A DNA stretch of 64,000 nucleotides from an uncultured Gammaproteobacteria bacterium (GCA_964532415.1 CAZHHN010000002.1:7852-71851), one strand, 5' to 3'. Shown: positions 17,722-27,654, counted from the first letter of the stretch. The notes: a model not told the origin generated them from the sequence alone. Numbers and translations are program-made.

Positions 17722-18531
17722 TTAATCCCGGACGAGTACCATGACCTTGCGGCCGTGCTCGACGTCGCCGCCGTTCCAGTCATGCACCGCATTCCAGAGC
17801 ACGGCAGGATCGTAAAGATAGTCGGCGCCGCGCCGCGTGCCCGGATCGTTGGCGATGATCCGGCCGTCGGCGTAGCCTTTGACGACGACCATGTGATACA
17901 GGGGCCCCTGGCCGCTGAAGTACGGATTCATGAGCAGGCGGCCGGCGGCCGGCAACAGCACCGGAACGCCCGCGTCGATCTGTTTTTTGACGTCGTCCAT
18001 CGAACGGATGGCGACGGCCTCCGATCGCGCATGATGGAAATACTCCCGGGCGATCCGCGCGACTTCGTCGGCGGTCGTGTCCTCATAGAAGCCGAGCGTG
18101 TTGTTCTCCCACTCGACGAGATCGAGTATCTTGTCGGTGGCGGCATCGGGCGTGAACGGTCCGGCGTTTTTATAATACGCGTCGATCATGATCAGCGAAG
18201 CCTCCTCGCAGGCTTCCTGAAACGGCAGGCTCCAGTCACCGTGCGGCGCCTGTGACATGAATGGCACGTCCAGGTTCGCTTCTTTCACCGGCGGCGCCGT
18301 GACGGGAACCGGCCGCGTGGATGAAGCCGGCGTGGGTGCCGATTTCGGCGGAACGGCAACGCTGCCGGTCGCCGTGGCGGCTTCGGCAACGATGGGATGA
18401 TACGGCTGCGCCTTGGGCAGCGGCGGTTTCAGGCGCGCAGCCACGACATCGCGTATAGCGGAACGGAACACGTATCCCGTTCCGAAGGCGGCCAGGAGCA
18501 GCAGGCTGACGATCAACAGGAAGCGTCGCAT
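17722..18531 (-). CDS. Peptidase_C39-like domain protein, membrane anchored
   Basis: TM MRRFLLIVSLLLLAAFG. FMSQAPHGDWSLPFQEACEEASLIM resembles C39_2 family. Confidence 0.5.
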   Translation of the reverse strand: MRRFLLIVSLLLLAAFGTGYVFRSAIRDVVAARLKPPLPKAQPYHPIVAEAATATGSVAVPPKSAPTPASSTRPVPVTAPPVKEANLDVPFMSQAPHGDWSLPFQEACEEASLIMIDAYYKNAGPFTPDAATDKILDLVEWENNTLGFYEDTTADEVARIAREYFHHARSEAVAIRSMDDVKKQIDAGVPVLLPAAGRLLMNPYFSGQGPLYHMVVVKGYADGRIIANDPGTRRGADYLYDPAVLWNAVHDWNGGDVEHGRKVMVLVRD

Positions 18532-18571
18532 ACCGTACCAGTCTAGCACACCGAGGCCGCGCCGGCGCAGT

Positions 18572-19612
18572 TCATTTCAATTCCACAATCTCTTCCCACG
18601 GGAAGCGCGCGCGACCGAAATGCCCGTAGGTCGCCGTTTCACGGAAGATCGGCTGCCGCAGCCCCAGGCGCTCGATGATGGCGGCCGGACGGAAGTCGAA
18701 GTATTTTCCGAGCAGCGGAGAGAGATCGCGCCCGTCCTCGGAACGGGCCATCAGCATGACCGGTTCCGTTTTGCCGATCGCGTAGGCGACCGACACCAGG
18801 CATTTTTTGGCGTGTCCGGCGGCGACCAGATTCTTGGCGGCGAAACGCGCCATGTAGGCGGCCGAACGGTCGACCTTGGTGGCGTCCTTGCCGGAGAACG
18901 AACCGCCGCCGTGCGGAATGAGTCCTCCGTAGGTGTCGACCATGAGCTTGCGTCCGGTGAGGCCGGTATCGGCCGAAAAGCCGCCCGCCACGAACCGGCC
19001 GGTCGGATTGACGTGCAGTTCATAGCCGCCCAGAGCGCCGATGACCGGCGCTACCGCCTGCTCCGCCAACATCGCGCAGAGCTGATCCTGTTCGATCTCG
19101 GGCGCATGCTGCGCGGAAAGCACGACGGTCCGCACGCGTCCGCGGTCGGTCGTGACCTGTACCTTCCCGTCCGGACGCAGCCAAGAGAAGGCTGGGTCGT
19201 GGCGGCGCAGATCGGCCAGCCGGGAGGTGAGCGCGTGGGCGAGCGCCGTCGGCATCGGCAGGAAGCTGGGCGTTTCCGCGCTGGCGTAGCCGTACACGAC
19301 GCCCTGATCCCCCGCCCCGCCGGCATCGACGCCGCGGGCGATGTCGCCGGACTGCAGCTCGATGTTGACGAAGGCTTCCAGTTCATCCGCGTAGCCGATC
19401 TGGCGGTAGACCTGTTTGGCGATCGCCTCAATGTCGATCTCGCCGCGCGACGTGACTTCGCCGCCGACCATCAGCATGCCGTGCGAGCCGAAGACTTCCA
19501 GCGAAACCCGGCTGTCGGGATCGCGGCGCAGGTACTCGTCGAGCAGCGCGTCGGCGATCTGATCGCAGACTTTGTCGGGATGGCCTTCGGTGACGGATTC
19601 AGCGGTTTTCAT
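18572..19612 (-). CDS. metK: S-adenosylmethionine synthetase
   Basis: MKTAESVTEGHPDKVCDQIAD, GGGSFSGKDATKVDRSAAY, C-terminal ATYGHFGR. 346 aa. GGAG SD 8 nt upstream. Confidence 0.9.
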   Translation of the reverse strand: MKTAESVTEGHPDKVCDQIADALLDEYLRRDPDSRVSLEVFGSHGMLMVGGEVTSRGEIDIEAIAKQVYRQIGYADELEAFVNIELQSGDIARGVDAGGAGDQGVVYGYASAETPSFLPMPTALAHALTSRLADLRRHDPAFSWLRPDGKVQVTTDRGRVRTVVLSAQHAPEIEQDQLCAMLAEQAVAPVIGALGGYELHVNPTGRFVAGGFSADTGLTGRKLMVDTYGGLIPHGGGSFSGKDATKVDRSAAYMARFAAKNLVAAGHAKKCLVSVAYAIGKTEPVMLMARSEDGRDLSPLLGKYFDFRPAAIIERLGLRQPIFRETATYGHFGRARFPWEEIVELK

Positions 19613-19628
19613 GGGGAAACTCCGGCAA

Positions 19629-19657
19629 AGCTTAGTCCCGGACGGAAGCGGTGTCAA
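19629..19657 (-). promoter_or_regulatory. Sigma70-like promoter for metK (TTGACA-17-TAAGCT on minus strand)
   Basis: Reverse complement of 19629-19657 reads TTGACA ccgcttccgtccgggac TAAGCT, ~17 nt upstream of metK ATG. Confidence 0.45.
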
Positions 19658-19693
19658 CAACGCTTTTTTTCCGGACGTGTATACTGGAGCCGT

Positions 19694-20455
19694 ATGAAAC
19701 GCTCCACCTTTTCGCTGCTGATGGCTGGGGTCATCCTGCTCGGCGGCGGCATGCTGCTTTGGTTCCTGCTCGTCGCACCCCGGCTGCAACCGGCACCCGC
19801 CGCATCGCCGGTTTCGCAGCCGTGGCCCGCGCCGGCTACGGAAGAACGCCATGCCGTGCTGAACGCGTACCTGACCGCACCGGAAGCGCTGCCCGAGGGC
19901 GTCGCGCGGATGGAGCTGACGCTCGCCAAGGCGACCGTAAGCGGCGACGGACGAACCGACGTTCCCGTCTTCGAAGGCGCGCGCCGGATCGAAATCCAAC
20001 CCGGCACGGTCGAGAAGGCACTGAGCGAAACCATCCCGACCGGACGCTGGAACCGGCTGACGCTGACGTTTTCGCCGGCCGCGGACATCTCGATGTCCGA
20101 CGGCACCGCGGCGACGGCGTTGCTTGAACGGAAAACCGCGGTGTTTTCTTTCAATACCGATCTCCCCACCAGCCGTTCCCTGGCGCTCTTGGGACGCCTG
20201 CCGCTCGAGCGCGCGCTCGGCCGGGCGGGCGCCGCCGTCACCGCCAATCTCCTGCCGGATGCGCAAAAAACCGAGTCGTACGTCTTCGGCTCGTCGATGC
20301 TCGATCCGCGCGGCGTTACCGGCCTTTGGACGCTCCCGAAGGTGACGCTGTCCGCGGTCATCAAGGCCGAACTCGGATTCGATATTACCGTCAAGCTGCC
20401 GGGCTCGCAGGGGTTTTCTCCGGCGGAGCAGGAGCCCTCGCCCAAAGCCTCGTGA
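19694..20455 (+). CDS. Secreted/membrane-anchored protein of unknown function
   Basis: GGAG SD 6 nt before ATG 19694. N-terminal TM MKRSTFSLLMAGVILLGGGMLLWFLLVAP. TATACT -10 box just upstream. Confidence 0.6.
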   Translation: MKRSTFSLLMAGVILLGGGMLLWFLLVAPRLQPAPAASPVSQPWPAPATEERHAVLNAYLTAPEALPEGVARMELTLAKATVSGDGRTDVPVFEGARRIEIQPGTVEKALSETIPTGRWNRLTLTFSPAADISMSDGTAATALLERKTAVFSFNTDLPTSRSLALLGRLPLERALGRAGAAVTANLLPDAQKTESYVFGSSMLDPRGVTGLWTLPKVTLSAVIKAELGFDITVKLPGSQGFSPAEQEPSPKAS

Positions 20456-21430
20456 TCAATCGGTGAATTCCTGAGCGAACATCTGGCCGTAGACGCCGCC
20501 GTCGATCACGCCGATCCCGACGCGGCGGAAGTCGGCATCCAGAATGTTGGCGCGATGCCCGGGGCTGTTCATCAGCCCGGCATGGGCGATGGCCGTGTCC
20601 GGCGCGAGCGCGAGATTCTCTCCCATCACGTCGTACGGGATGCCGGCGCGGTCCAGCCGTCCGGAAGGGGTCAATCCTTCGGGAGTCACGTGAGAAAAAT
20701 AGCCGCGTTCGAACATGTCCCGGGCATGCGCGCGGGCGGCCGCCGTCAGGCCGGGATCGGCCACGAGCGGACGGAGCCCGCGCTTCGTCCGTTCTGCGTT
20801 CACGAGCGCCAGCATCTTTTCTTCCGCCTTCGCGTCGATCGTGCCGTTGTGATACGTGAAGTGGAGATCGATCCGCTCGCCGCCCGACGGGTGGACGGTG
20901 ATCAGATTGACGCCGTCTTCGGCCAGCGGATGCAGGACGGGCGCGAACACGCCGTCCAGCCGGCGCGTGAACGCCAAAAGCGGTTGGACGAGCGGCGCCG
21001 AGACGATTTCTTTCCGGAGGGCGGCCGGGATCGGAAAGGCCGAAGCGACCGTCAGGATGACGCTCAGCACCAGGATGCCGTTCAGCAGGCCCGGCAGAAG
21101 CCCGAACGCTTTCTGAATTTTGGCGGCGCGCAGGCGGGCCGGCAGGCGCGTTTCGAGCGCGGCCGAAGCGAACGGCCACGCCAGATCGGCGAGAAGCCAG
21201 GCGCCGAAAAAGGCGATGGCGTTGGCGACGCTGGGCGGGAGCGTGAAGCGGGCGGCCAGCCAGCCGCCGATCGGCCGGAAGCCGAGCGTGGCCAAAAGCA
21301 GCGCCAGCGCGAAGCCGGCGGTTTCAAGCGCGAGCGCCAGAAAGCCGCGGCGCAGGCCGTCGCGGGCGTACCACGCCAGCGTCAGTACGACGATCAGGTC
21401 GATCCAGTGACGGGCGAACCACTGCGGCAT
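20456..21430 (-). CDS. CvpA-family membrane protein fused to CAP/SCP (PR-1-like) domain
   Basis: N-terminal 4-TM CvpA-like region. C-terminal GYFSHV..GENLA..MNSPGHRANIL CAP-domain motifs. Confidence 0.6.
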   Translation of the reverse strand: MPQWFARHWIDLIVVLTLAWYARDGLRRGFLALALETAGFALALLLATLGFRPIGGWLAARFTLPPSVANAIAFFGAWLLADLAWPFASAALETRLPARLRAAKIQKAFGLLPGLLNGILVLSVILTVASAFPIPAALRKEIVSAPLVQPLLAFTRRLDGVFAPVLHPLAEDGVNLITVHPSGGERIDLHFTYHNGTIDAKAEEKMLALVNAERTKRGLRPLVADPGLTAAARAHARDMFERGYFSHVTPEGLTPSGRLDRAGIPYDVMGENLALAPDTAIAHAGLMNSPGHRANILDADFRRVGIGVIDGGVYGQMFAQEFTD

Positions 21431-21557
21431 ATGGCTGGATTCTACCCTGAACGCGCACCGGGAGAAAGCGTGGCTTGACGTCGTCCGGCACGATCCGTTG
21501 ACGGCGGGCGCAGGGAGAGTACCTTGTGATGGTCCCTGTCGGGACGAGGTCATTCGC

Positions 21558-22637
21558 ATGCATCCCCTCCACGGTTTCCATTCGTCTCCTTCTTTCGTCT
21601 TAGGGCGTCTCGAAACCTTCCGGGACACGATCCGAAGCCAGCCGCTTTGGCTGCCTGTCATCGCCGGTCCGGATCCGGACGGATTCGGCGCGAACGTCGG
21701 CAAGATGGAAATCATCAGGCAGCTCGGAGTCGACGCAGACTGGCCGTATTACGCCGGCGGCATCGATGATCCGCAGAACCGGCACATCCTGCGAACGCTC
21801 GGGCTTTCGGAAGTTTTGCGCCCGCTCTCAGAATTGCCCGCGCATGGCGTCATCACGTTGAACGACTCTTGCCGACTGGATGACAACCGCTTCGGCATGG
21901 AGATCGACCCGGACAGGATCTGGGACATCACCGACCATCACTTGCCCCCGTCCGGTTCCGAACCGCTGATGCGGCCGTGGCGCTTCGTCCACCTCGTGCC
22001 GTCGGTCGGCGCCGCTTCCACGCTTGTCGTTGAACAGGGGCGGGCCTGCGGCACGCGCTTCAGTCCGCAAGCCGCCGCGCTCCTCGCGCTCGGCATCTAC
22101 TGCGACACGAACAAGTTACGATCGCCCGTCACGACCGACTTCGATCGTCGCGCGTTCGCCGCGATGGCCGCGCTGGCGGACCAACGGCAGCTGGCGGAAT
22201 GCCACGATTATCCGCTCGACGATCGTTTCTATGACCTGACGGCCAAGACCTATCTCGGACGAAGAATCATCGGGCCCGTCCTCGTCTCGCATCCGAGCCG
22301 GCGCGTCCATGGCAGCGAAAGCGGAATCGTCTCCCGCAACGCCAACAGCCTTCGCCAGTATTCGGCCTGCCCGATCACGCTCGTCTGGTGCCTGACCGAA
22401 TCGGAAGTGCGCTTCTCCGTCCGGGCCAATGATCCGAACTACGACCTGACGGCTTTGATCGACAAGATCTTCGGACGGCGCTTCGGCGGCGCAAAGCCGT
22501 GCGAAGGCGGAGGCCAAATACCGATCTCGGAATTCCCGGTCGATCCGCGGTACGACTTCGACGACGAGATGATCGCGAAGATCTCCGCATGGATCGAGCA
22601 GCGTCTCGTAACGCACTTCAAAGCGATCGCTCCCTAA
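21558..22637 (+). CDS. DHH-family phosphoesterase (NrnA-like oligoribonuclease/pAp phosphatase)
   Basis: DITDHH motif plus C-terminal DHHA1-like GGGQIPIS. Start could be 21498. Confidence 0.6.
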   Translation: MHPLHGFHSSPSFVLGRLETFRDTIRSQPLWLPVIAGPDPDGFGANVGKMEIIRQLGVDADWPYYAGGIDDPQNRHILRTLGLSEVLRPLSELPAHGVITLNDSCRLDDNRFGMEIDPDRIWDITDHHLPPSGSEPLMRPWRFVHLVPSVGAASTLVVEQGRACGTRFSPQAAALLALGIYCDTNKLRSPVTTDFDRRAFAAMAALADQRQLAECHDYPLDDRFYDLTAKTYLGRRIIGPVLVSHPSRRVHGSESGIVSRNANSLRQYSACPITLVWCLTESEVRFSVRANDPNYDLTALIDKIFGRRFGGAKPCEGGGQIPISEFPVDPRYDFDDEMIAKISAWIEQRLVTHFKAIAP

Positions 22638-22648
22638 GGGCGATCTTT

Positions 22649-24736
22649 TTAATATTCTTCGATGTCCTTCAACAGGCCGGAGCGCTTGATCGGATCGCCG
22701 TTCCCGTCGTAGCGGATGGTCGGCAGATCCTCGTATGATTCCTCGACGCGCACCTGCTCAACGAGATTCGGGGACAACTCTTCGAGAAATTCCGATTTCG
22801 GCTCAAAGGAGAACGCGTCGTAGCCGAGGGAAATCGGGTAGGTCAGGCACAGCTCGCGCCGGGCGCGCGTGACAGCCACATAGAACAGGCGCCGTTCCTC
22901 TTCCAGTCCCCCTTCGTCGACCAGCGCGCGCTTGTTCGGAAAGGCGCCCTGCGAGAGATGGATGATGAAGACGGCGTCCCACTCGAGACCCTTGGCCTGA
23001 TGGATCGTCGAGAGCACGATGCGTCCCTCCCCGTCGTCCTCGGGCATGAAGGGCCGGCCTTTCTTGCCGGAGGCGATCGCGTCGTTCAGGACAGCATCAG
23101 CCAAAAACGCGGCCGCGTCCGGATACTGCTCGGCGAAGCCCGCCAACTGTCCGAGATCTTCCAGGCGGTCGCGGTAATCCGGATACTCATTTTCGAGATA
23201 TCCGCGGTATTCGGATTCGGCCACGGCCCGGAGCATGGCCGAGGGGCTGCTCCGCGCATCGAGCAATGCACCGTACGTGGAAAGGAAATTCTTCCAGCCG
23301 GACGAGACCCGCGCCGGCAGCCCTTCCGCCAGTTCGCCGCCGATATCCTCTTCGCCGACGGCGGAACGCACGCGTTCGAACAGCCGGGCGGCCGTGGCCG
23401 GCCCGATCCCGACCTGGAGCGAAAGCACGCGCATCCAGGAGATTTCGTCGTCCTTGTTGATCACGATCCTGAGGAAGGCCAGCGCATCCTTGATATGTGC
23501 GCGCTCGAAGAACTTCAATCCGCCACGGTACTCATAGGGAATGGCGCGCTTCATGAGCTCGAACTCGAGCGCCTGGGAATGGAACGTGGCGCGAAAGAGC
23601 ACGGCGATCCCGTTGAACGGCACGTTCTCGTCGCGCAGTTCGAGGATGCGCTGCGCCACGAATTCGGCTTCCTGCGCCGCCGAAACCGCGTTTACGACCG
23701 ACGGTTTGGCGAAGGACGGCTTGACGCTCTTCAGTTCTTTCGGGAATTGGTTCGCGTTATGGGCGATGACATCGTTGGCCAGGTCGAGAATCTCGGGCGT
23801 GGAGCGGTAATTCGTCTCGAGACGGAAGGTTTTGGCGGCCGCGAACATCTTTGGGAAGTCCAGGATGTTGCGGATGTCGGCGCCGCGGAAAGAATAGATC
23901 GACTGCGCGTCGTCGCCCACCACCAGCACGTTGCCGTGGACGGAGCCGAGCAGGCGCACGATTTCGGCCTGCAGGCGGTTGGTGTCCTGGTACTCGTCGA
24001 CCAGCACGTAACGGAACTGCGTGGCATAGCGGGTCCGCGACGGCTCGTCCTCCCGCAGCAGGCGGGCGGTCAGGACGAGCAGGTCGTCGAAATCGACGGC
24101 GTTGGAGGCGCGCTTTTTGGAAAGATAGCGGCCGATGACGTCTTCGATCGACGCAAGCTGTTCGAGGAAACTCGGATGCTTGAGTTCGAGCGTTTCCGCG
24201 ACCGACAGGCCCACGTTGACGGAAAACGACGCGAGACCGAGCAGCACCGCCGGGCTCGGGAAGCGCTTTCCGCCTGAGGCGGACCCGCCTTTGGAGGGAG
24301 CGTCGATGCCGGCTTGGCGCACGCAGGCTTTCATCAGGTCCCTGGCATCCTCGCTGTCCAGAATCGTGAACCCCTCGCGCAGACCGACGCGGCTGCCGCG
24401 CTCGCGCAGGATGCGGTGGCAGACGTGGTGGAACGTCCCGCCCCACAGACGGCCCGGTTCGGTGCCGATGAGCGTGGAGACGCGCTCCAGCATCTCCCGG
24501 GCGGCTTTGTTGGTGAAGGTCAGGAGCAGGATTTCTCCCGGCGGAACGCCTTTCTCCAGCAGATAGGCGACGCGATAGACGATCGTGCGGGTCTTGCCGG
24601 AACCGGCGCCGGCCAAAACCAGGCAGGCGCCTTCGCCTTCTTGGACGACGCGCAGCTGTTCTTGGTTGAGTTCGGCGGCGTAGTCGATGGCGAACTCCGG
24701 AAGGCCGGCCGGTTTTTTCAGGACATACGTCTTCAT
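22649..24736 (-). CDS. uvrD: ATP-dependent DNA helicase UvrD/PcrA
   Basis: LNQEQLRVVQ..VLAGAGSGKTRTIVYRVAYLL (helicase motif I), VLVDEYQDTN (motif II), 695 aa. Confidence 0.9.
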   Translation of the reverse strand: MKTYVLKKPAGLPEFAIDYAAELNQEQLRVVQEGEGACLVLAGAGSGKTRTIVYRVAYLLEKGVPPGEILLLTFTNKAAREMLERVSTLIGTEPGRLWGGTFHHVCHRILRERGSRVGLREGFTILDSEDARDLMKACVRQAGIDAPSKGGSASGGKRFPSPAVLLGLASFSVNVGLSVAETLELKHPSFLEQLASIEDVIGRYLSKKRASNAVDFDDLLVLTARLLREDEPSRTRYATQFRYVLVDEYQDTNRLQAEIVRLLGSVHGNVLVVGDDAQSIYSFRGADIRNILDFPKMFAAAKTFRLETNYRSTPEILDLANDVIAHNANQFPKELKSVKPSFAKPSVVNAVSAAQEAEFVAQRILELRDENVPFNGIAVLFRATFHSQALEFELMKRAIPYEYRGGLKFFERAHIKDALAFLRIVINKDDEISWMRVLSLQVGIGPATAARLFERVRSAVGEEDIGGELAEGLPARVSSGWKNFLSTYGALLDARSSPSAMLRAVAESEYRGYLENEYPDYRDRLEDLGQLAGFAEQYPDAAAFLADAVLNDAIASGKKGRPFMPEDDGEGRIVLSTIHQAKGLEWDAVFIIHLSQGAFPNKRALVDEGGLEEERRLFYVAVTRARRELCLTYPISLGYDAFSFEPKSEFLEELSPNLVEQVRVEESYEDLPTIRYDGNGDPIKRSGLLKDIEEY

Positions 24737-24774
24737 GCCGCGCAGTGTACCCGCCGGACGGCGAACGCGGCAAG

Positions 24775-24807
24775 GAACAAAAAGCGCTTCACTTTAACTG
24801 AAGCGCC
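24775..24807 (-). terminator. Rho-independent terminator after giant M23-repeat gene
   Basis: Minus-strand GGCGCTTCA-GTTAAAG-TGAAGCGCT followed by TTTTTGTTCC. Confidence 0.6.
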
Positions 24808-24818
24808 TGAATCGATCG

Positions 24819-27539
24819 TTACTGGATGCGGATCTCGTCGAAGAACATGGTCGTGGCCGCGTCAGTCTGGAACAGGATCGAATACGGGAAGTTCCCGCCG
24901 GTGAAACCGAGCGCGGAGAACGGGATCTCGACCCGATACCAGGCATTCGCGGCGATGGCATGTCCCGGTACGTAGTCGATCAGGTTGACCTGACCGAACA
25001 GCTGGCCCGTGGACTGGTCGGCCAGCTTGATGGTCACGTTCTGGCCGCCGGTCGATCCACCATGGACCACGAACTGCAGTTTGGCGACCGTGCCGATGCT
25101 GGCTGCAGGGTACCTTTGGAGGTTGAATCCCCTGCCGGCACCGAAGAAAAGAACCTTGAGCGATTCGCTGCCGAGAAAGGTCTTTTCCTCGGAGAGGTTG
25201 ACGTCGCTGTTGGCCATATCGACGTACCAGCCGGGTCCGAAATAGTCAGCGTAGACGGGCGGTTTGAGAGCGACGTCCTGGAATCGCACTTCGTCGAAGT
25301 ACATGGTGGTGGCGACGTCGCTCATGACGGCGAAACCGCCGACGGCCAGTCCGGTCAGGCCCAGCGAGGCCAGAGGGACGTCGGCGAGGTACCAGGTATT
25401 GGCGGCAAGAGTGCCGCCCGGAACGTACTTGAGCAGGCTGTCCTGCCCGATCAAGCCGCCGGAAGTGTCATAGAGCTGCACCGTGGGGTGTTGACCGCCG
25501 GTCGGGCCACCGTTGACCGCGAAGCGCAGCCTGGTGATCGAGCCCGCGTCGACCGAGGACGGGTTGGCCAGATACAGCCCGCCCCAAGCCGCATAGGCGA
25601 CCTTGATGGCGCTGCTGCCGAGATACACTTGCTCGGTGGAGTTCAGGGTCCTGGTAGACCCCCATGACCAATCCTCCCAATTGGCGGCGAGGGAATCCCC
25701 ATAGGCCGCCGCCGGGAGCCAGACGTCCTGAAAGCGCGCTTCGTCGAAGTACATGGTGGTGGCGACGTCGCTTTCGATGGCGAAGCCGCCGATCGCCGTG
25801 CCGGCGAGGCCGAGCGAAAGGAGCGGGATATCCGCGAGATGCCAGGTATTCGCCGCGAGGGCGCCGCCCGGAACGTACTTGAGCAGGTTGTCCTGTCCGA
25901 TCAGGGCGCCCGCCGTGTCGTAGAGCTGGACGATCGGATGTTGGCCGCCCGTCGCGCCTCCATTGACGGCGATACGGAGCCGCGTCGCGCTGCTGACCGT
26001 CGCTCCGGACGGGGTAGCCAGGAAGAGCCCGCCCCAGGCGGCGAAGACGACCTTGATCGCCTTGGCACCGAGGTACACGCGCTCCGTCGAGCTCAGCGTC
26101 CTCGTCGAACCCCACGACCAATCCTGCCAACCCGAGGCCAGGGCGTCCGCGTAAGCGGAGATGGTATACCAGCCCGGTCCGGGAGGGTTGTTCGTGATGG
26201 TCAGTCCGCAATTCACGCCCGAGATGGACGAGACCTGCGCCCCCGAATAGAGATGGACGTGGATCGTGCTGTCGCCCTGGCCGCCCTTCCACCACATGCA
26301 GCCGTTCTCGAAACTCTGGAACGAGGCGACCGGGGCGGAATCGGGCGCATTTTCGACGCAGACATCATTCAGGTTCGCCGGCTTCTCTTCGCCTTTAGGC
26401 GCTCCCAGCAAGGCCAGGCCGCCGAGCGGACCGTTGTCGGCGGGAGGCTGAATGCACTTGTAGGCGCCCCAGAACCCGTCGTGGATGAAATAGGCCTTCT
26501 TGTCGGTCGCGTTGTAGACGATGGCGGTTTGGCCGTCGGTGCCGTAGCGGGTGCTCGCGTCAGGATTCAAGAAGTCCTGGACCTTCACTCCGCGGACGTC
26601 ATGGACGAAGGCCGTGCCGCCGTTATCGAAGGCGCCGCCCAGGCTTTTGGTGACGTTGCCGTTCGAATCTTTGTTCAGGCCTCTTACCCAAGCATCGAAG
26701 AAGGACTGGCTGTAGCCCTTTCCGAGGTATCCCTGGCTGGCATCGACGCCCGGCGGTCTTACCCAGCTGCGTCCCGACGCGTTGAGATAGGACCCGGGTG
26801 GGACGAAACCGTTTGCTCCTAGAGCGCAGGACGAAGGCAGGGTCGGGCCGGGTTTTTGCGATGCACTTGGACAATAGGACCGCCCGAAGTCGCCGCTTGG
26901 CACTGTGGTGCCGGGCCGTACGCCAAAGTGAAGATGATCGGCAGAAATTACAGAGCCACCAGTTACGTTCCGATACCGTCCAATGATTCCTAAGACCTGC
27001 CCGGGAATTACTTTTCCCGCCGTCGCTGACACCGGTCCCGTACCGCTGCGAAAGGTCGTGGAATACACCAGGTGCCCGTACATGACGACGAATGGCGTTC
27101 CGTGGTCGTCGTAGTGCTGCACTAGTAGGGCCATGTTGCAGGTGTTTGTTCCTGGCTCGTTTTTAGCAGGGTCAGGGTTGTTGTAATCATAACCCCATCC
27201 TGATGGACAGTTCGCACTCGTGTCCTGCGTCGCGCTTTGATAGATGGCAGTTCCTGCGGCCACCGAATACACGGAGGTACCGCGAGAAGCAATCATGTCA
27301 TTCCCAGTATGACAATGATCTGTAATGTAGGGGCCTAATGGACCGCAAGCGCCGAAGTTCCCGTCCGTCCAGGAGGTCACGCTATCCATCGGATAGGTGA
27401 ATCCGTTGGAGGCTGCCGATAGGGCGAATACCCCCTGACCAAGCCGGTCGGCATCATGCCCCGCGTCGTCAGTGCAGGTCACCGCGACCAATGCACCGCT
27501 GATCAATACTGCCTTTCGTATCCGATTCCATACTCTCAT
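24819..27539 (-). CDS. Large secreted protein: N-terminal M23-like peptidase domain plus three tandem ~150-aa beta-rich repeats (putative glycan-binding)
   Basis: AGGAG SD 6 nt before ATG 27539. Signal peptide MRVWNRIRKAVLISGALVAVTCTD. HTGNDM and ADHLHFGVRP M23 motifs. Repeats share WGGL.LA..S...TRLRFAVNGG.TGGQ..VQLYDT.G.LIGQD.LLKYVPGG.LAANTW.LAD.PL.SLGL.G.A.GGF...SDVATTMYFDE.RFQD. Confidence 0.8.
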   Translation of the reverse strand: MRVWNRIRKAVLISGALVAVTCTDDAGHDADRLGQGVFALSAASNGFTYPMDSVTSWTDGNFGACGPLGPYITDHCHTGNDMIASRGTSVYSVAAGTAIYQSATQDTSANCPSGWGYDYNNPDPAKNEPGTNTCNMALLVQHYDDHGTPFVVMYGHLVYSTTFRSGTGPVSATAGKVIPGQVLGIIGRYRNVTGGSVISADHLHFGVRPGTTVPSGDFGRSYCPSASQKPGPTLPSSCALGANGFVPPGSYLNASGRSWVRPPGVDASQGYLGKGYSQSFFDAWVRGLNKDSNGNVTKSLGGAFDNGGTAFVHDVRGVKVQDFLNPDASTRYGTDGQTAIVYNATDKKAYFIHDGFWGAYKCIQPPADNGPLGGLALLGAPKGEEKPANLNDVCVENAPDSAPVASFQSFENGCMWWKGGQGDSTIHVHLYSGAQVSSISGVNCGLTITNNPPGPGWYTISAYADALASGWQDWSWGSTRTLSSTERVYLGAKAIKVVFAAWGGLFLATPSGATVSSATRLRIAVNGGATGGQHPIVQLYDTAGALIGQDNLLKYVPGGALAANTWHLADIPLLSLGLAGTAIGGFAIESDVATTMYFDEARFQDVWLPAAAYGDSLAANWEDWSWGSTRTLNSTEQVYLGSSAIKVAYAAWGGLYLANPSSVDAGSITRLRFAVNGGPTGGQHPTVQLYDTSGGLIGQDSLLKYVPGGTLAANTWYLADVPLASLGLTGLAVGGFAVMSDVATTMYFDEVRFQDVALKPPVYADYFGPGWYVDMANSDVNLSEEKTFLGSESLKVLFFGAGRGFNLQRYPAASIGTVAKLQFVVHGGSTGGQNVTIKLADQSTGQLFGQVNLIDYVPGHAIAANAWYRVEIPFSALGFTGGNFPYSILFQTDAATTMFFDEIRIQ
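24822..26180. repeat. Three in-frame tandem DNA repeats, period ~450 bp, inside giant gene
   Basis: GACGTCCTGGAATCGCACTTCGTCGAAGTACATGGTGGTGGCGACGTCGCT at ~25272 recurs at ~25722. A more diverged copy is near 24830. Confidence 0.8.
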
Positions 27540-27654
27540 GCTGATCTCCTCGATGGCTCCTGTTTTGAGCCGACGAGAGGGTATCACCACGCACCCAAAC
27601 ATGTCGAATGTGCACCCACGAACGGCCTCATCGACCCCGAGGCAAGCATCTACT

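Noticed and set aside
17048-17725. 225-aa plus-strand ORF crossing tRNA-Lys
   Set aside because: Overlaps a well-formed tRNA and its palindromic terminator. The minus-strand membrane protein has better codon bias.
19613-19693. SAM riboswitch upstream of metK; preQ1 riboswitch near queA/tgt (40102-40238, 43609-43646)
   Set aside because: Leader regions are short (<90 nt) and show promoter elements but no conserved riboswitch helices that I can recognise.
18413-20455. 680-aa plus-strand ORF
   Set aside because: Only the last 253 codons (ATG 19694 with GGAG SD and TM helix) are credible. The upstream part is antisense to metK and the C39-like gene.
24822-26180. Possible CRISPR array (regular repeats)
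   Set aside because: The periodicity is 450 bp, in-frame and protein-coding with diverged copies. No short direct repeats with unique spacers anywhere in the window.
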